From an uncultured Bacilli bacterium (GTDB lineage: Bacteria > Bacillota_I > Bacilli_A > RFN20 > CAG-288): a stretch of DNA of 64,000 nt. The stretch spans positions 616 through 64,615 of the forward strand of contig CALVYN010000001.1 in the NCBI GenBank assembly GCA_944372245.1. The letters run 5' to 3'. Under the pieces are notes generated by a model. The model saw nothing but the letters and a program-made list of their open reading frames with translations. It was not told the origin of the DNA and ran no database searches. The first letter of the stretch is position 1. Each line of letters opens with the position of its first letter. Both the position numbers and the translations under genes were made by a program. Shown here in pieces: positions 45,781-55,953 of the stretch.

Positions 45781-47289
45781 ATGACCAAAAAAGCACTCTT
45801 ATCCCTCCTGGTGGCCCTCCCTGTGACCCTGGTGAGTGCCTGCCAGGGTGAACGCGGCCATCAAAGCGTTTTCAACAGTGGCTCCACCAGTTCCACCCCC
45901 TCCGTCTCCTACCCCGATTCCAGCGGTTTCGAGGGCACGCCGGACGAGGTATCCATCTTCTCAATCAACGATATGCACGGCAAGATTGACGGCTCCAACG
46001 GCTACAGCTCGATCATCGACCTGGACGGCTCGATCAAGGCCGACCCCAACTACGACCCGGCGACCTCCATCATCGTCTCGGCCGGCGACTCCTGGCAGGG
46101 CTCCTACGCCTCCGGCTACGACTACGGCAAAACCACCACGATCCTGATGGGCCTGCTGGGCGTTAGGGTCATGACCCTGGGCAACCACGAGTTCGACTGG
46201 GGCCTGGAGCGCATCCAGGAGAATATGGCCGCAGCCAACTTCCCCCTCATCTGCGCCAACCTGGTGGATGAGACCCAAGAGCGCCCCGACTGGATTGAGA
46301 GCCACGCCGTCATCAGCGTGGGCGACCTGGATGTCGGCTTTGTCGGGGTCATCGGCCCCGGGCTGGAGGCGGACATCAAGGTCGGGATGCTGGAGGATTG
46401 CTCCTTCAGCGAGGACATCTCTCTCGTAGCTGAGGCTTATCAGGACTGCGTAACGGAGGGGGCAGATACCGTCTTCCTTATCGCCCACGAAGATGGCTAT
46501 TCTTCATACCTGTATGAACTGTGCGATGCGATCGACTTCGCCGGCGTGTTCTGCGGCCACACCCACCAGTTCCAATCCTCCGACTTCAACGGCACACCCT
46601 GCGTCCAGGGCGGTTCGGACAACCGGGGCTACTCCTACATGGTCTATAGCACCGCCGAGGGAGAGGTCACCCGCTCGGGGTACCGCGAGGTCGGTTCGAT
46701 TTCCTCCTCCAACCAGGGGCTCAAGGATTACCTGTCCTGGTATCTGTCCAGCCTGCCCCACAACGCCTACGCTCAGATCCAGGGCTACTGGACCAAGCAG
46801 ACCTCGGGAAACTTCGTCCTCTCGGCCATGCTCTACGCCGTCAAGGTGATCTATCCCGACCTGGCGACCGACCGCCTGGTCTCCGTCCACAATACCGGCG
46901 GCATCCGGGGCTACTACCCCCAGAGCGATGAGCCTCAGGACTTCACCATGGACATGATCCAGATCGTCTCGCCCTTCGACAACAAGCTGATGCTCTTAAC
47001 CGACCGCACACCCGACTACTCGCAGCTGCGCCCCTCGGGCTACAACTACGTCTCCGACTACTCCTGCAGCGAGTGGCCCAGCGTTGACATCGTGACCATC
47101 GACTACCTGGTGAACGACAGCTACTCGGAGATGTTCTCACCCGAGGGGGCCATCGCCATCCAGGACCCCAACAGAGGTGGCGACTACCTGATCTACAACG
47201 TCGTGGCCGACTACGCCTCCCACCTGGATTCTCAGGGCATCATCATCGATTCTGCCGACTACCAGAGCGGTGCCGTCTATCCCGACTAG
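45781..47289 (+). CDS. Lipoprotein 5'-nucleotidase / metallophosphoesterase
   Basis: Lipobox LVSAC. Metallophosphatase motifs INDMHG, SAGDSWQGS and LGNHEFDWG. 502 aa. Confidence 0.8.
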   Translation: MTKKALLSLLVALPVTLVSACQGERGHQSVFNSGSTSSTPSVSYPDSSGFEGTPDEVSIFSINDMHGKIDGSNGYSSIIDLDGSIKADPNYDPATSIIVSAGDSWQGSYASGYDYGKTTTILMGLLGVRVMTLGNHEFDWGLERIQENMAAANFPLICANLVDETQERPDWIESHAVISVGDLDVGFVGVIGPGLEADIKVGMLEDCSFSEDISLVAEAYQDCVTEGADTVFLIAHEDGYSSYLYELCDAIDFAGVFCGHTHQFQSSDFNGTPCVQGGSDNRGYSYMVYSTAEGEVTRSGYREVGSISSSNQGLKDYLSWYLSSLPHNAYAQIQGYWTKQTSGNFVLSAMLYAVKVIYPDLATDRLVSVHNTGGIRGYYPQSDEPQDFTMDMIQIVSPFDNKLMLLTDRTPDYSQLRPSGYNYVSDYSCSEWPSVDIVTIDYLVNDSYSEMFSPEGAIAIQDPNRGGDYLIYNVVADYASHLDSQGIIIDSADYQSGAVYPD

Positions 47290-47310
47290 ATATACCAATC
47301 TCAATTCAAA

Positions 47311-47358
47311 ATAAAAAACTGCTTCTTCAGTTTAGTGCTGAATAGAAGCAGTTTTTAT
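47311..47358. terminator. Bidirectional terminator between convergent genes
   Basis: AAAAAACTGCTTCT, a 17-nt loop, then AGAAGCAGTTTTT. Confidence 0.75.
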
Positions 47359-47411
47359 TATTGAAATACGAAGCTAATTATGACTGGCTTAATTCAGAAG
47401 TCTCTTGGAGT

Positions 47412-48617
47412 TTAGTCCTCGAACATCTTGGCCAGGACCTTGGAGGTCAGAGCCATCTGATCGGCATCGACATACTCCATACGGCCGTGGGGATTGAAGT
47501 CGCCATCGCCGATATTGGGAGTGGGCAGACCCATGAAGGAGAGCTGCGAGCCGGTGGTGCCGCCCCGCACCGCCACGAACTCGTGGGGGATGCCCAGGGC
47601 ATCGAAGGCATCGGTGATGAGCTTCACGGACTCGGGGCACTCATTCACCTTCTCGACCATGTTGTGATAGGTATCGGTGACGGTGACGGTGACCCGGCCC
47701 TCGCCATACTTCTCGTTCATGATCTTGGCCGAGTGCTGGGCGATCTCCGCCATGTATCTGGCCTTGTTCAGGTCGTGGTCGCGGATGATGTAGGACATCT
47801 GTGCGTGCTCCTCGGAGGCGGTCATGTTGCAGAGGTGGACAAAGCCCTCCCGGCCCTCGGTGTGCTCGGGGCGGAGGAACGCGGGCAGGGAGCGGTCGAA
47901 CTCAATCGCCAGCTGGCAGGCGCTGATAAGGCGGTTCTTGGAGTTGCCGGGGTGGATGTTGAAGCCCTTGATCTCGACGTCCATCGCCAGGGCGTTGAAG
48001 GTCTCGATATTGATCTCCTCGAGGTCCTCGCCATCGACGGTGATGCCGAACTTGGCCTTCACCTTGTCCATGGAGACGTGCTCGGCATCCTCGCCGGTCT
48101 CCTCATCGGTGGTGAAGTGGAACTCCAGAGTGCGGTGCTTGCAGCGGTGGTTGGGCAGGTTGGCCAGGAAGTCCATGACCGCGGACATGCCGGCCTTGTC
48201 ATCGCCGCCCAGCAGGGTGGTGCCATCGGGGATGATCAGCTGGTGGCCGATGCTCTTCTTCAGCTGAGGGTAGTCCTCAGCGTGGAGGACGACACCGTGA
48301 CCGAAGTCGATATCTCCACCCTCGTAGGTGATGACCCGAGGCTTGATATCGCTGCCCTTAGCCGCGGGCGAGGTGTCCATGTGGACGAAGATGGCGACCC
48401 TGGGCAGGGTCTCCTCCTCAGAGGCGTTGAAGACGGCCCTGACGACACCGAAGTTGTTGACGTCCAGCTCGTCAGGGTTGAAGGACTTCAGCTCGGGGAT
48501 CAGAACCTCCCGACCGAAATCGTACTGCCTGTCAGTCGAGGCCTTGCCGGGGCGGATGGTCTCGCTGGAGGTCGTGTCAAAACTGACATACTTCTTGAAT
48601 CTCTCGATAATATCCAT
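47412..48617 (-). CDS. pepT: Peptidase T (tripeptide aminopeptidase, M20B)
   Basis: MDIIERFKKYVSFDTTS N-terminus. 401 aa. M20 metal-ligand context HMDT and DDKAGM. Confidence 0.88.
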   Translation of the reverse strand: MDIIERFKKYVSFDTTSSETIRPGKASTDRQYDFGREVLIPELKSFNPDELDVNNFGVVRAVFNASEEETLPRVAIFVHMDTSPAAKGSDIKPRVITYEGGDIDFGHGVVLHAEDYPQLKKSIGHQLIIPDGTTLLGGDDKAGMSAVMDFLANLPNHRCKHRTLEFHFTTDEETGEDAEHVSMDKVKAKFGITVDGEDLEEINIETFNALAMDVEIKGFNIHPGNSKNRLISACQLAIEFDRSLPAFLRPEHTEGREGFVHLCNMTASEEHAQMSYIIRDHDLNKARYMAEIAQHSAKIMNEKYGEGRVTVTVTDTYHNMVEKVNECPESVKLITDAFDALGIPHEFVAVRGGTTGSQLSFMGLPTPNIGDGDFNPHGRMEYVDADQMALTSKVLAKMFED

Positions 48618-48774
48618 TGTCTGCTCCTTGGATTCAGCGCTGTAATTTTCCTACAAGCGGCGAGGAAATTCAAAGTTGGGCGAGAGCACGAAACTGCCTC
48701 TATAAGAGGAAAAGAATTGTTTCTTAAAAAAAGATATATAGAGGCAACTTTAATCTGCCGCTCTACCCATCGGA

Positions 48775-48804
48775 TGAAAAAGCCACGGGCTGGTGGCCGT
48801 GGCT
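48775..48804 (-). terminator. Rho-independent terminator
   Basis: AGCCACGG-8 nt-CCGTGGCT. The minus strand is followed by TTTTC. Confidence 0.7.
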
Positions 48805-48833
48805 TCTGCTAGACCAAGATCAGATGTGGAATT

Positions 48834-50309
48834 TTAGGCGAGGACGTAGATCTCGAGACCGCCGATGATGGCACGAGCATCATTAACCTTATTGGTGGCG
48901 ATGGTGAGGGTGGTGGTCTCGCCGGTCACAGCGTACTCGACATCCTGCAGCTTCGCGATGGTGAGCTCCTGCGCCACATCGTTGACCGCGAGACTGACGG
49001 TCTTTCCGCTCCAGCTATGGACATCGGTGAGGACGACCTTGGCGATATTGATGGAAGAGCCGAAGGTCAGAGTGAACGTGCCGGAGGCACTGCCAGTTCC
49101 AAGCTTGATACCGGTGTATTCGTTCTGGGTGTTGTTACCAGTAGCAGCATAGGCCTTAGACTCACCAGTCGAACCAGTCAGAGTGAGACCGGTTCCGGAG
49201 GTGAAACCACTATTCTCATTGAGCTGGGTACCGATGGCACCTTCCTCCAGTTCCGCATTACCGGTGAGGACAGTGAAGTTGATGGAGGCACCCAGAGTCT
49301 CAGTGCCAGTAGGCTTGGTGACGGTGATGGTCTTGGTGGCGGTGATCTCGCCCACAGCCGCAGTGATGGTGACCTCGCCCTCAGCGACACCGGTCACGAC
49401 GCCATCAGCGCTGACGGTGGCGACCTTATCGTCGGAGGAGGTCCAGGTAACCTCGCCGGAGGCACCGGTGGGGTTGAGCTGGGCAGTCAGAGTGGTGGTG
49501 GAGTCGACGTAGACGCTGTCGGCACCATTGATGGTGATGCTCTCGAGGGTGGGGGCGCTCACAAACTCAGCCGCAGTGACGTACATGGAAGCATAGTTGT
49601 AGTAGCCGCCGAAGTAAGCGGTGATGTTATAGACGCAGCCCTCCTTGAACTCGGACTCGAACTCGCTGGGAACATACACAGGCTCGATTTTAGTATCGGA
49701 GCCCTCGATGGGAGCGACCCAATAGCTGCCATCCTTGGCGAGGGTGGTAGTCCAGGTGTACTCCTTGATGTCGGAGGTGGAGAAGGACTCAGCGGATTTC
49801 CAGCTGTTGGCAATCTGCGCAGTCAGAGCAGTGGGCTCAGCCGCGGTGTAGGTCTCACCCTCGAGAGGGGTAATCTCGGCATCGGCAGTGAACTGGAAGG
49901 CCTTATTGAAGGAATCGATCTTGCCGGTGACCTCAAGGGCATCACCGATGTTGTAATCGGTGGAATACTTATTCAGGTAGACATAGACAGAATCGGTACC
50001 GTCAGTCAGAACGAGACCCTTGGTGGTCTTGGCGTCCACGACACCGCGCACGGTGTAGGTCTCGCCCTCGGTGGTGATCTGACCGATGGAGTAGTCCTCA
50101 GAGGGGCCAACATCGGAGGAAGAAGAAGAAGAAGAGGAGGACGACGAGCTGGAAGAGGAAGAGGAGCTAGGCGTGCTGGACGACACAGGGGTGCTGCTAG
50201 AGGAGTCACTACCAGTGCTGGACGAATTGCCGCTAGCGCCGTTGCAACCCACCAGAGCGATGGAGGTAAACGCTAGCAGAATAGGCAGAAGCTTCCGAGA
50301 ACTTTTCAT
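48834..50309 (-). CDS. Surface lipoprotein: poly-Ser linker, OB-fold-like module, Big_2 domain
   Basis: ATG 50309 (GAAAGGAAA upstream) gives MKSSRKLLPILLAFTSIALVGC (lipobox). A long Ser run follows. Big_2 signature VTWTSSDDKVATVSADGVVTGVAEGEVTITA. Confidence 0.7.
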   Translation of the reverse strand: MKSSRKLLPILLAFTSIALVGCNGASGNSSSTGSDSSSSTPVSSSTPSSSSSSSSSSSSSSSSSSDVGPSEDYSIGQITTEGETYTVRGVVDAKTTKGLVLTDGTDSVYVYLNKYSTDYNIGDALEVTGKIDSFNKAFQFTADAEITPLEGETYTAAEPTALTAQIANSWKSAESFSTSDIKEYTWTTTLAKDGSYWVAPIEGSDTKIEPVYVPSEFESEFKEGCVYNITAYFGGYYNYASMYVTAAEFVSAPTLESITINGADSVYVDSTTTLTAQLNPTGASGEVTWTSSDDKVATVSADGVVTGVAEGEVTITAAVGEITATKTITVTKPTGTETLGASINFTVLTGNAELEEGAIGTQLNENSGFTSGTGLTLTGSTGESKAYAATGNNTQNEYTGIKLGTGSASGTFTLTFGSSINIAKVVLTDVHSWSGKTVSLAVNDVAQELTIAKLQDVEYAVTGETTTLTIATNKVNDARAIIGGLEIYVLA

Positions 50310-50447
50310 AGTTTCCTTTCTTTCTGAGTGCTCAAATCGCACTTGGCTCCTATCATATATCCAAATATAAATGTAAGCGGTGCCATTACCTCGCCCCCAG
50401 CTCGCCCTTGCTAGGCTATCGTGAAAATCCCCGGGAGGAACTTAGAA

Positions 50448-51446
50448 ATGGCCAAGAAATTCACCATAGCAGGCCTCGAGCTGGCCAATCGCTACGTCCA
50501 GGCACCCCTAGCTGGCTTCTCCGATGTGGCCATGCGCATCGCGGCCGCCCGTCACGGCGCTGGCCTGGTCTACACGGAGATGATCTCGGCGGCCGCCCTA
50601 GCCCGCCACTCCGAGGAGACCCTGGAGATGGTTCGCGAGACGAAGCGGGATGAGTGCCCCGTCGCCCTCCAGCTCTTCGGCTCGGACGCCGAGGAGCTCA
50701 GGACGGCTATCAGAATATGCGAAGCTGAAGGAAGGTATGCCTTCCTGGACTTCAACCTCGGCTGCCCCGTCCCCAAGGTCATGAAGCAGGATGCCGGCTC
50801 GCACCTGCTCACCGACCTGGATAAGGCCTACTCTCTAGTCAAGACCATGGTTGAGACCTCCAGCATCCCCATCGTGGTCAAGACCAGGCTGGGATACTCA
50901 AACCCTGAAGACTGCGTGAAGATCGTCCAGATGCTGGTCTCCGCCGGCGTCTCGGCCATCGCCATGCACGGAAGGACGAGAAACGAGTTCTACACTGGGC
51001 TCCCTCACTACGACCTGCTGACCAAGGCGAGGCAGGCCTGCCCCGTGCCCTTCATCGCCAACGGCAATATCGGTCCCGACAACGCGCTGAGCATCATGGA
51101 ATCCACCAGTGCCGATGCGGTCATGATCGGGCGCAACGCCATCGGCAATCCCCTGGTCTTCACCGACCTTCTCGCGGTCGAGGACGGCTTGGAGCGGCCC
51201 GTCAGAGCCGTGGAGACTCAGGCCCAGCTGCTGCGCGAGCAGCTTGCTCTGGAGTACTCGCGCAACGTCCCTCCCGCCAAGATCTCCGTCGAGTTCAGGG
51301 CCGCGGCCCCTGCCTTCTTCCAGGGTTTGCCCAACGCTAGAAGGATCAGGGGTCTGCTGGTCCACTGCTCCAGCCAGGAGGAGTATCTTCAGGCGGTGGA
51401 TAGGATCGTGGAGGTCGCACGGGATGGAGAAGAGATACAGGATTGA
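50448..51446 (+). CDS. dus: tRNA-dihydrouridine synthase
   Basis: ATG 50448 follows GGGAGGAA. VQAPLAGFSD and TIM-barrel Dus-like blocks (NLGCPVPKV, MHGRTR). Confidence 0.85.
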   Translation: MAKKFTIAGLELANRYVQAPLAGFSDVAMRIAAARHGAGLVYTEMISAAALARHSEETLEMVRETKRDECPVALQLFGSDAEELRTAIRICEAEGRYAFLDFNLGCPVPKVMKQDAGSHLLTDLDKAYSLVKTMVETSSIPIVVKTRLGYSNPEDCVKIVQMLVSAGVSAIAMHGRTRNEFYTGLPHYDLLTKARQACPVPFIANGNIGPDNALSIMESTSADAVMIGRNAIGNPLVFTDLLAVEDGLERPVRAVETQAQLLREQLALEYSRNVPPAKISVEFRAAAPAFFQGLPNARRIRGLLVHCSSQEEYLQAVDRIVEVARDGEEIQD

Positions 51447-52662
51447 TATTCCTCTCCCCAAGGAGGTCCAGCTGGCGCTGGACGAGCTGTCCAAGCGCGG
51501 GTATCGCGCCTTTGTCGTGGGCGGCGCCGTCAGGGATTCCCTGTTGGGCAAGGCGGCTCACGACTTCGATATCGCTTCCCCTTCCTCCCCGGGCCAGACC
51601 ATCTCCTGCTTCCCAGGTTTCGACATCTCCAGATCGGGCATAAAACACGGGACTGTCCGAGTCATCATCCACCACTACCCGGTGGAGATCACCACCTTTA
51701 GAACCGAGGGGAGCTATCGGGATCACAGACACCCCGACAGCGTCAGCTTCACCAGCTCCGCCGAGGAGGACTCGAAGCGGCGCGACTTCACGATCAACGG
51801 CCTCTACTATCGCGATGGAGAGGTCTATGACTTCCACGGCGGATTGGAAGATCTCAGCAGTGGAGTCGTCCGCGCGATTGGCGATCCGATCGAGAGATTT
51901 CAGGAGGATGCGCTCCGCATCCTCCGAGGTTTGAGGTTCTCCTGCCAGCTGGGGTTTGCAATCGAGGAGAGGACTAGAGACGCCATGGCCGAGTGCGCCC
52001 ACCTGCTGGGTGAGATCTCCGAGGAGAGGATCGAGGCCGAGATGATCAGGTTGGCCTCCTATCCCTCCTTCTACGATCTGATCAGAGAGAACTCTGCGGT
52101 CTTCCTCTCTGCCATCCCGATGCTTCCGCCTGCCTTCATCTCCCGTCTCACTAAAGAGGCTTGCGATGATCCATACGCCAACATCGCCGGGATATTCGAA
52201 GCGGGGAGGATCAGCCCCGATCTCGCCTACGAGATGCTGATGAGGCTGAAGTTTTCCCGCTCGAGCGCTCAGGCGATCCAGAGCCTATTGGATATCGACA
52301 GGTCGTTCACCCTGAAGGATGTGGAATCCCCAAAGAGGTTCCGTCTCCTACTCTTAGAATCCTTCCCTCTCAATCCCGAGGTCACCATCCGCTTCCTCTG
52401 CCTCAGGGATGCGATCGAAGGAAGGGATATCAGCGGCTATCGTCAGCTGCGAGAGCAGTCTGAGGATGTCGAGTTCACCTCCTCCATCCCCTCCTCGCTC
52501 TCAGACCTGAAGGTCACTGGACACGACCTTCAGCGGATTGGCTACAAGCCCGGCCCGATCTTCCACGAAGTCTTGAAGGAGCTGCTCCTCCAGGTCAATC
52601 AGCAGAACATCCCCAACGAGCGCAAGGCGCAGCTGGAGTGGCTAAAGAGGAGAGCGAGATAG
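51424..52662 (+). CDS. cca: CCA-adding enzyme (tRNA nucleotidyltransferase)
   Basis: Start at ATG 51424 (MEKRYRIDIP). GGAVRDSLLGK and DFDI motifs, RRDFTINGLYY. Overlaps the dus 3' end by 23 nt. Confidence 0.85.
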   Translation: MEKRYRIDIPLPKEVQLALDELSKRGYRAFVVGGAVRDSLLGKAAHDFDIASPSSPGQTISCFPGFDISRSGIKHGTVRVIIHHYPVEITTFRTEGSYRDHRHPDSVSFTSSAEEDSKRRDFTINGLYYRDGEVYDFHGGLEDLSSGVVRAIGDPIERFQEDALRILRGLRFSCQLGFAIEERTRDAMAECAHLLGEISEERIEAEMIRLASYPSFYDLIRENSAVFLSAIPMLPPAFISRLTKEACDDPYANIAGIFEAGRISPDLAYEMLMRLKFSRSSAQAIQSLLDIDRSFTLKDVESPKRFRLLLLESFPLNPEVTIRFLCLRDAIEGRDISGYRQLREQSEDVEFTSSIPSSLSDLKVTGHDLQRIGYKPGPIFHEVLKELLLQVNQQNIPNERKAQLEWLKRRAR

Positions 52663-52812
52663 AGCCGCAGGAGTATTCGTAAGTCTTTTACAGACCTGTA
52701 GTCCAAAAATAAAATGTGAAAACTCCATCGCTGAATCCACCGATTTTCCTATATAGCAATTATTTTTTCGGACATTACATACGATAGAATTTTCCCATCG
52801 AGGTATCAAACG

Positions 52813-53916
52813 ATGAATGCCAGAAGATTCTTTGCGGGTCTGCCCCTGTTTTTGATCGCTTGCATGCTAATTCTTTTCCTCGTTCCGACGTTGGAATACT
52901 ACGGGACCACCAGTGGTTTAAAGCTGAATTTCTCCTTCAACATGTATCAGCTATTCCTCGGCCTCAAAGGAGAGATGTACATCGCCGGGTACAAGATCGC
53001 CTGTTCGCCAAAGCCCATGGGGGACACCGTCTATGGCCTGGCCTGCTACATCCCCATCATCTGCGCCCTCCTCTACTGCCTCTTCTCGTCGCGCAAGAGG
53101 TTTACAGCGCCCTTCCTGGCCTCTGTCATCGCGACCATCGCGGCCTTCGCAGCCCCGATCATCTTCTTCTTCAACATGGATTTCATAACTAGCACTAAGG
53201 TCTATATCGCCAACTTCGATAGTTTCAGGGCAAATTGGAATTTTCCTCTTCTCGTTGCGGGCTCTGCCGTAATTCCCTGTGTAGTCGCATTCCTCTGTCT
53301 GATTTCTACCCTGATTAACATGGTTCTCATAATCAGGAGCAATACAGCGGACGATAAGTATTCGAGCGCCGAATATTCGTCGGGAAAATTCGGCGGTGTG
53401 GTCGCCGCTCTCGTCACCTTTATCATCCTAGTGACGGCCGGTCTCTCCTATGGTGCAGCCGCCTTCAGCGGTAAGCTCATCGACCCGGTCAGACCCATGA
53501 TAGACATCCCGGGGCTGGATAACGGTAATAATGGTCATTATGACGATGGAGATGACGGATGGATCGATGACGATTTTAACGACGGCTATGACGAGGAATA
53601 CTACGACACCAAGATCATCAACGGTAGCTACCAGCCCAGCGACGGTTCCTTCAAGTGGTCCTGGAGCGATGATGTCGGCTTGACCGACTTCACCGCCGTC
53701 GATGTCCGCGCACGTGTCAATCTCGATTTTGTGAGGATCAAAGTTGCCGCTCTCGACAAGAACAAGAATCCTCTCGCCTACGCCGAGGATGAAGTCTCAA
53801 ATCTCGTGGCGGGCAACACCTACACTCTGAAATATTCCAGCTGGGACTTCTTCGTTGAGATCTTCTCCATCAAGTACTATCGCGTCATCAAGATCGAATA
53901 CCGAATCACCCGATAG
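52813..53916 (+). CDS. Polytopic membrane protein with an Asp-rich linker and a C-terminal beta-rich domain, unknown function
   Basis: 367 aa with about 6 hydrophobic helices, an acidic run (HYDDGDDGWIDDDFNDGYDEEYYD), then a soluble domain. Codon usage is visibly less GC3-biased than core genes. Confidence 0.55.
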   Translation: MNARRFFAGLPLFLIACMLILFLVPTLEYYGTTSGLKLNFSFNMYQLFLGLKGEMYIAGYKIACSPKPMGDTVYGLACYIPIICALLYCLFSSRKRFTAPFLASVIATIAAFAAPIIFFFNMDFITSTKVYIANFDSFRANWNFPLLVAGSAVIPCVVAFLCLISTLINMVLIIRSNTADDKYSSAEYSSGKFGGVVAALVTFIILVTAGLSYGAAAFSGKLIDPVRPMIDIPGLDNGNNGHYDDGDDGWIDDDFNDGYDEEYYDTKIINGSYQPSDGSFKWSWSDDVGLTDFTAVDVRARVNLDFVRIKVAALDKNKNPLAYAEDEVSNLVAGNTYTLKYSSWDFFVEIFSIKYYRVIKIEYRITR

Positions 53917-54075
53917 GAGACTGACCATTAACGCTCGCTAAATCTCAGTTCTTTTTTGTCCCGTTTTGACAACAAGACAGTTATTTAATAGTTGAGGAGA
54001 ACTGAAAGTACGTTGTCTATTTTGGGGGAGATATATATGATTGAGGCATCCGGAAATTTTTTACGGGAGTGCCAA

Positions 54076-55212
54076 ATGCTAGCTAAATTCAGTGTCAGAG
54101 GATTCAAAAACTTCAGAGAGAAATTAACCTTTGATCTCACCAACACCGGGAAATATGCATTCAATGAATCCGAAATTAGAAATGGCATCATCAATAAAGG
54201 AATCATCTATGGTGTAAATGGTGCTGGAAAATCGAATCTAGGTGAGGCCATCTTTGACATCGAAAAAAACACCGTATTCTCCACTATGACTCTCGGGTCT
54301 CAGAACCCTCCTACCCCTTTAACTTCGGGAAATTATAGGACTGTGGGGTATACAGGACCAATTGAATTTGAATATGAATTCCGTTTTGACAATGACATTG
54401 TTAGATACAAATATGAGAAGGAAAGCGAATACGAAATAATCTCAGAAGATCTAGTAGTCAACGGGAAGACCATCCTCAAGTACAGACAGGGAACTGAAGT
54501 TAAAACTGATATACCCGAAGCCAATGGCTTTGATTTTTCGCGGATGCCCAAAGGAAAATCTGCTGTCTTTTATATGTTCACCTTCATTCGTTTCTCGCGG
54601 AATTCCCTTCTCAACCGGATGCTGGATTTTGTGAAGGGTATGCTTTGGTTCAACTGTTTAAGAGGAAGAAATGAAACCTCGGGATATATGCTTCCAAATG
54701 ACTTGATCGAGGATGCAATCGTCAAAGCAGGCAAAGTTAAGGATTTTCAAAAGTTTTTGGAGAAAGCAGGCTTGCAATACAAGCTTTCATCTAGAAGCCG
54801 TCTTTATTTACTTCCTAATAATCTACAAAAGGAAGCTCAAATTATCGTGACTGAAATGAATGGCGAACAAGTTCCTCTAGCCCCGCTTTTATCAACTGGA
54901 ACCAAAGCTCTTGAATTGTTCTTCTACTGGTCGATGAGATTCTCCGAAGTCACTTTTCTTTTCATCGATGAATTCGATGCCTTCTATCACTTCGAACTGA
55001 GCACCACTATAGTTCAGCTCTTAAATGAATACACGCAGTTCCAGTCTTTTGTCACGACTCATAACACTTCTCTAATGACTAACAAGCTGATGCGGCCTGA
55101 CAACATCTTCATCATCGAAAACAACAGGATCACTCCTGTCTGCAATCGCGATTATGGAGAGCTAAGAGAGGGTCATAATCTCGAAAAGATTTACAGAAAT
55201 GGGGGATTTTAA
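54076..55212 (+). CDS. ABC/AAA-type ATPase of the AAA_15/AAA_21 (COG1106-like) class
   Basis: Walker A GVNGAGKSN, signature-like LSTGTKALE, Walker B FLFIDEFD, H-loop VTTHN. 378 aa from ATG 54076 (GGGAG upstream). ATGs at 53992 and 54037 are alternative starts. Confidence 0.8.
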   Translation: MLAKFSVRGFKNFREKLTFDLTNTGKYAFNESEIRNGIINKGIIYGVNGAGKSNLGEAIFDIEKNTVFSTMTLGSQNPPTPLTSGNYRTVGYTGPIEFEYEFRFDNDIVRYKYEKESEYEIISEDLVVNGKTILKYRQGTEVKTDIPEANGFDFSRMPKGKSAVFYMFTFIRFSRNSLLNRMLDFVKGMLWFNCLRGRNETSGYMLPNDLIEDAIVKAGKVKDFQKFLEKAGLQYKLSSRSRLYLLPNNLQKEAQIIVTEMNGEQVPLAPLLSTGTKALELFFYWSMRFSEVTFLFIDEFDAFYHFELSTTIVQLLNEYTQFQSFVTTHNTSLMTNKLMRPDNIFIIENNRITPVCNRDYGELREGHNLEKIYRNGGF

Positions 55213-55953
55213 TTGAGAGGAGGCAAGAATCAGACTCTCATCCTTGTTGAATGAGAAAGGACAGAAAGACTTTTCTTTGAAAGGTTAAATAAAACAATTC
55301 TCGGAGATTACAAATTCAACATATTCGCATTCAAATGCGATATCTATGCCCTCTATCAATTTCTTCAAAAATATAATTTCGATATAGAAGTTCCTCAGGC
55401 ATTGATTGAATCACTCGATTCCATCACGAAAGAAGAAAGAGAGATTCTCCGGTCGACAAAATTCACTCGCATCTTTCTCGTATTCGACCTGGATATTAAG
55501 GATGATGGATTCGATTATGAAGAAAAGAAGCAACACCTCAAGAAACTCCAGCGGTTGTTTAACAACGAAACTGAATATGGTCTGCTTCTTATCAATTATC
55601 CAATGTTTGAATCTATACGAGAAAAATTCGATGGGGAACACTATTTCGACCCATTCACTAAGAAATCATATAAAGAAGTCATAGATAAAAGAGGAGAAAA
55701 GATAGACTTCAGCAAGTGTGATTACACGCGCATTCTATCGTTGATCAACAACTCTATCTGCTTAACCAACAGATTATTAACCGGCAGTACATCACGCCCC
55801 AAATACGAGTACATCAAAAGCACTTGGGAGCAGGGTATCGTCTTGGATGAAGAAATCAAACTTCTGGAGGAGAACGGAGAATTGCTTTGCCTCAATACCT
55901 CCTGTCAGCTTCCTCTAATCTGCGTTGGAGAAAAGCTCTACAAGAAGCTTTGA
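55213..55953 (+). pseudogene. RloB/Toprim-like gene interrupted by one in-frame TGA (55252-55254)
   Basis: TTG 55213 lies directly after the ATPase TAA, with GGGGGA 7 nt upstream. It reads RGGKNQTLILVE-TGA-ERTERLFFERL ... RIFLVFDLDIKDD, matching the RloB/Toprim pattern ILIVCEGEKTE..YF ... vFDxD, with the stop at the Gly position. The track only reports the part from 55402. Confidence 0.7.

Noticed and set aside
48696-48745. 9-bp inverted repeat GCCTCTATA … TATAGAGGC separated by 32 nt in the pepT upstream region.
   Set aside because: It could be a leader hairpin or an operator, but there is no supporting context such as a regulator gene or known motif. It is too weak to call.
55252-55254. 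Reading the island's in-frame TGA as Trp (Mollicutes code 4) or as selenocysteine.
   Set aside because: Both Trp residues in the adjacent ATPase use TGG. The aligned family position is Gly, not Trp or Cys. I see no SECIS-like hairpin, and the host clearly terminates at TGA.
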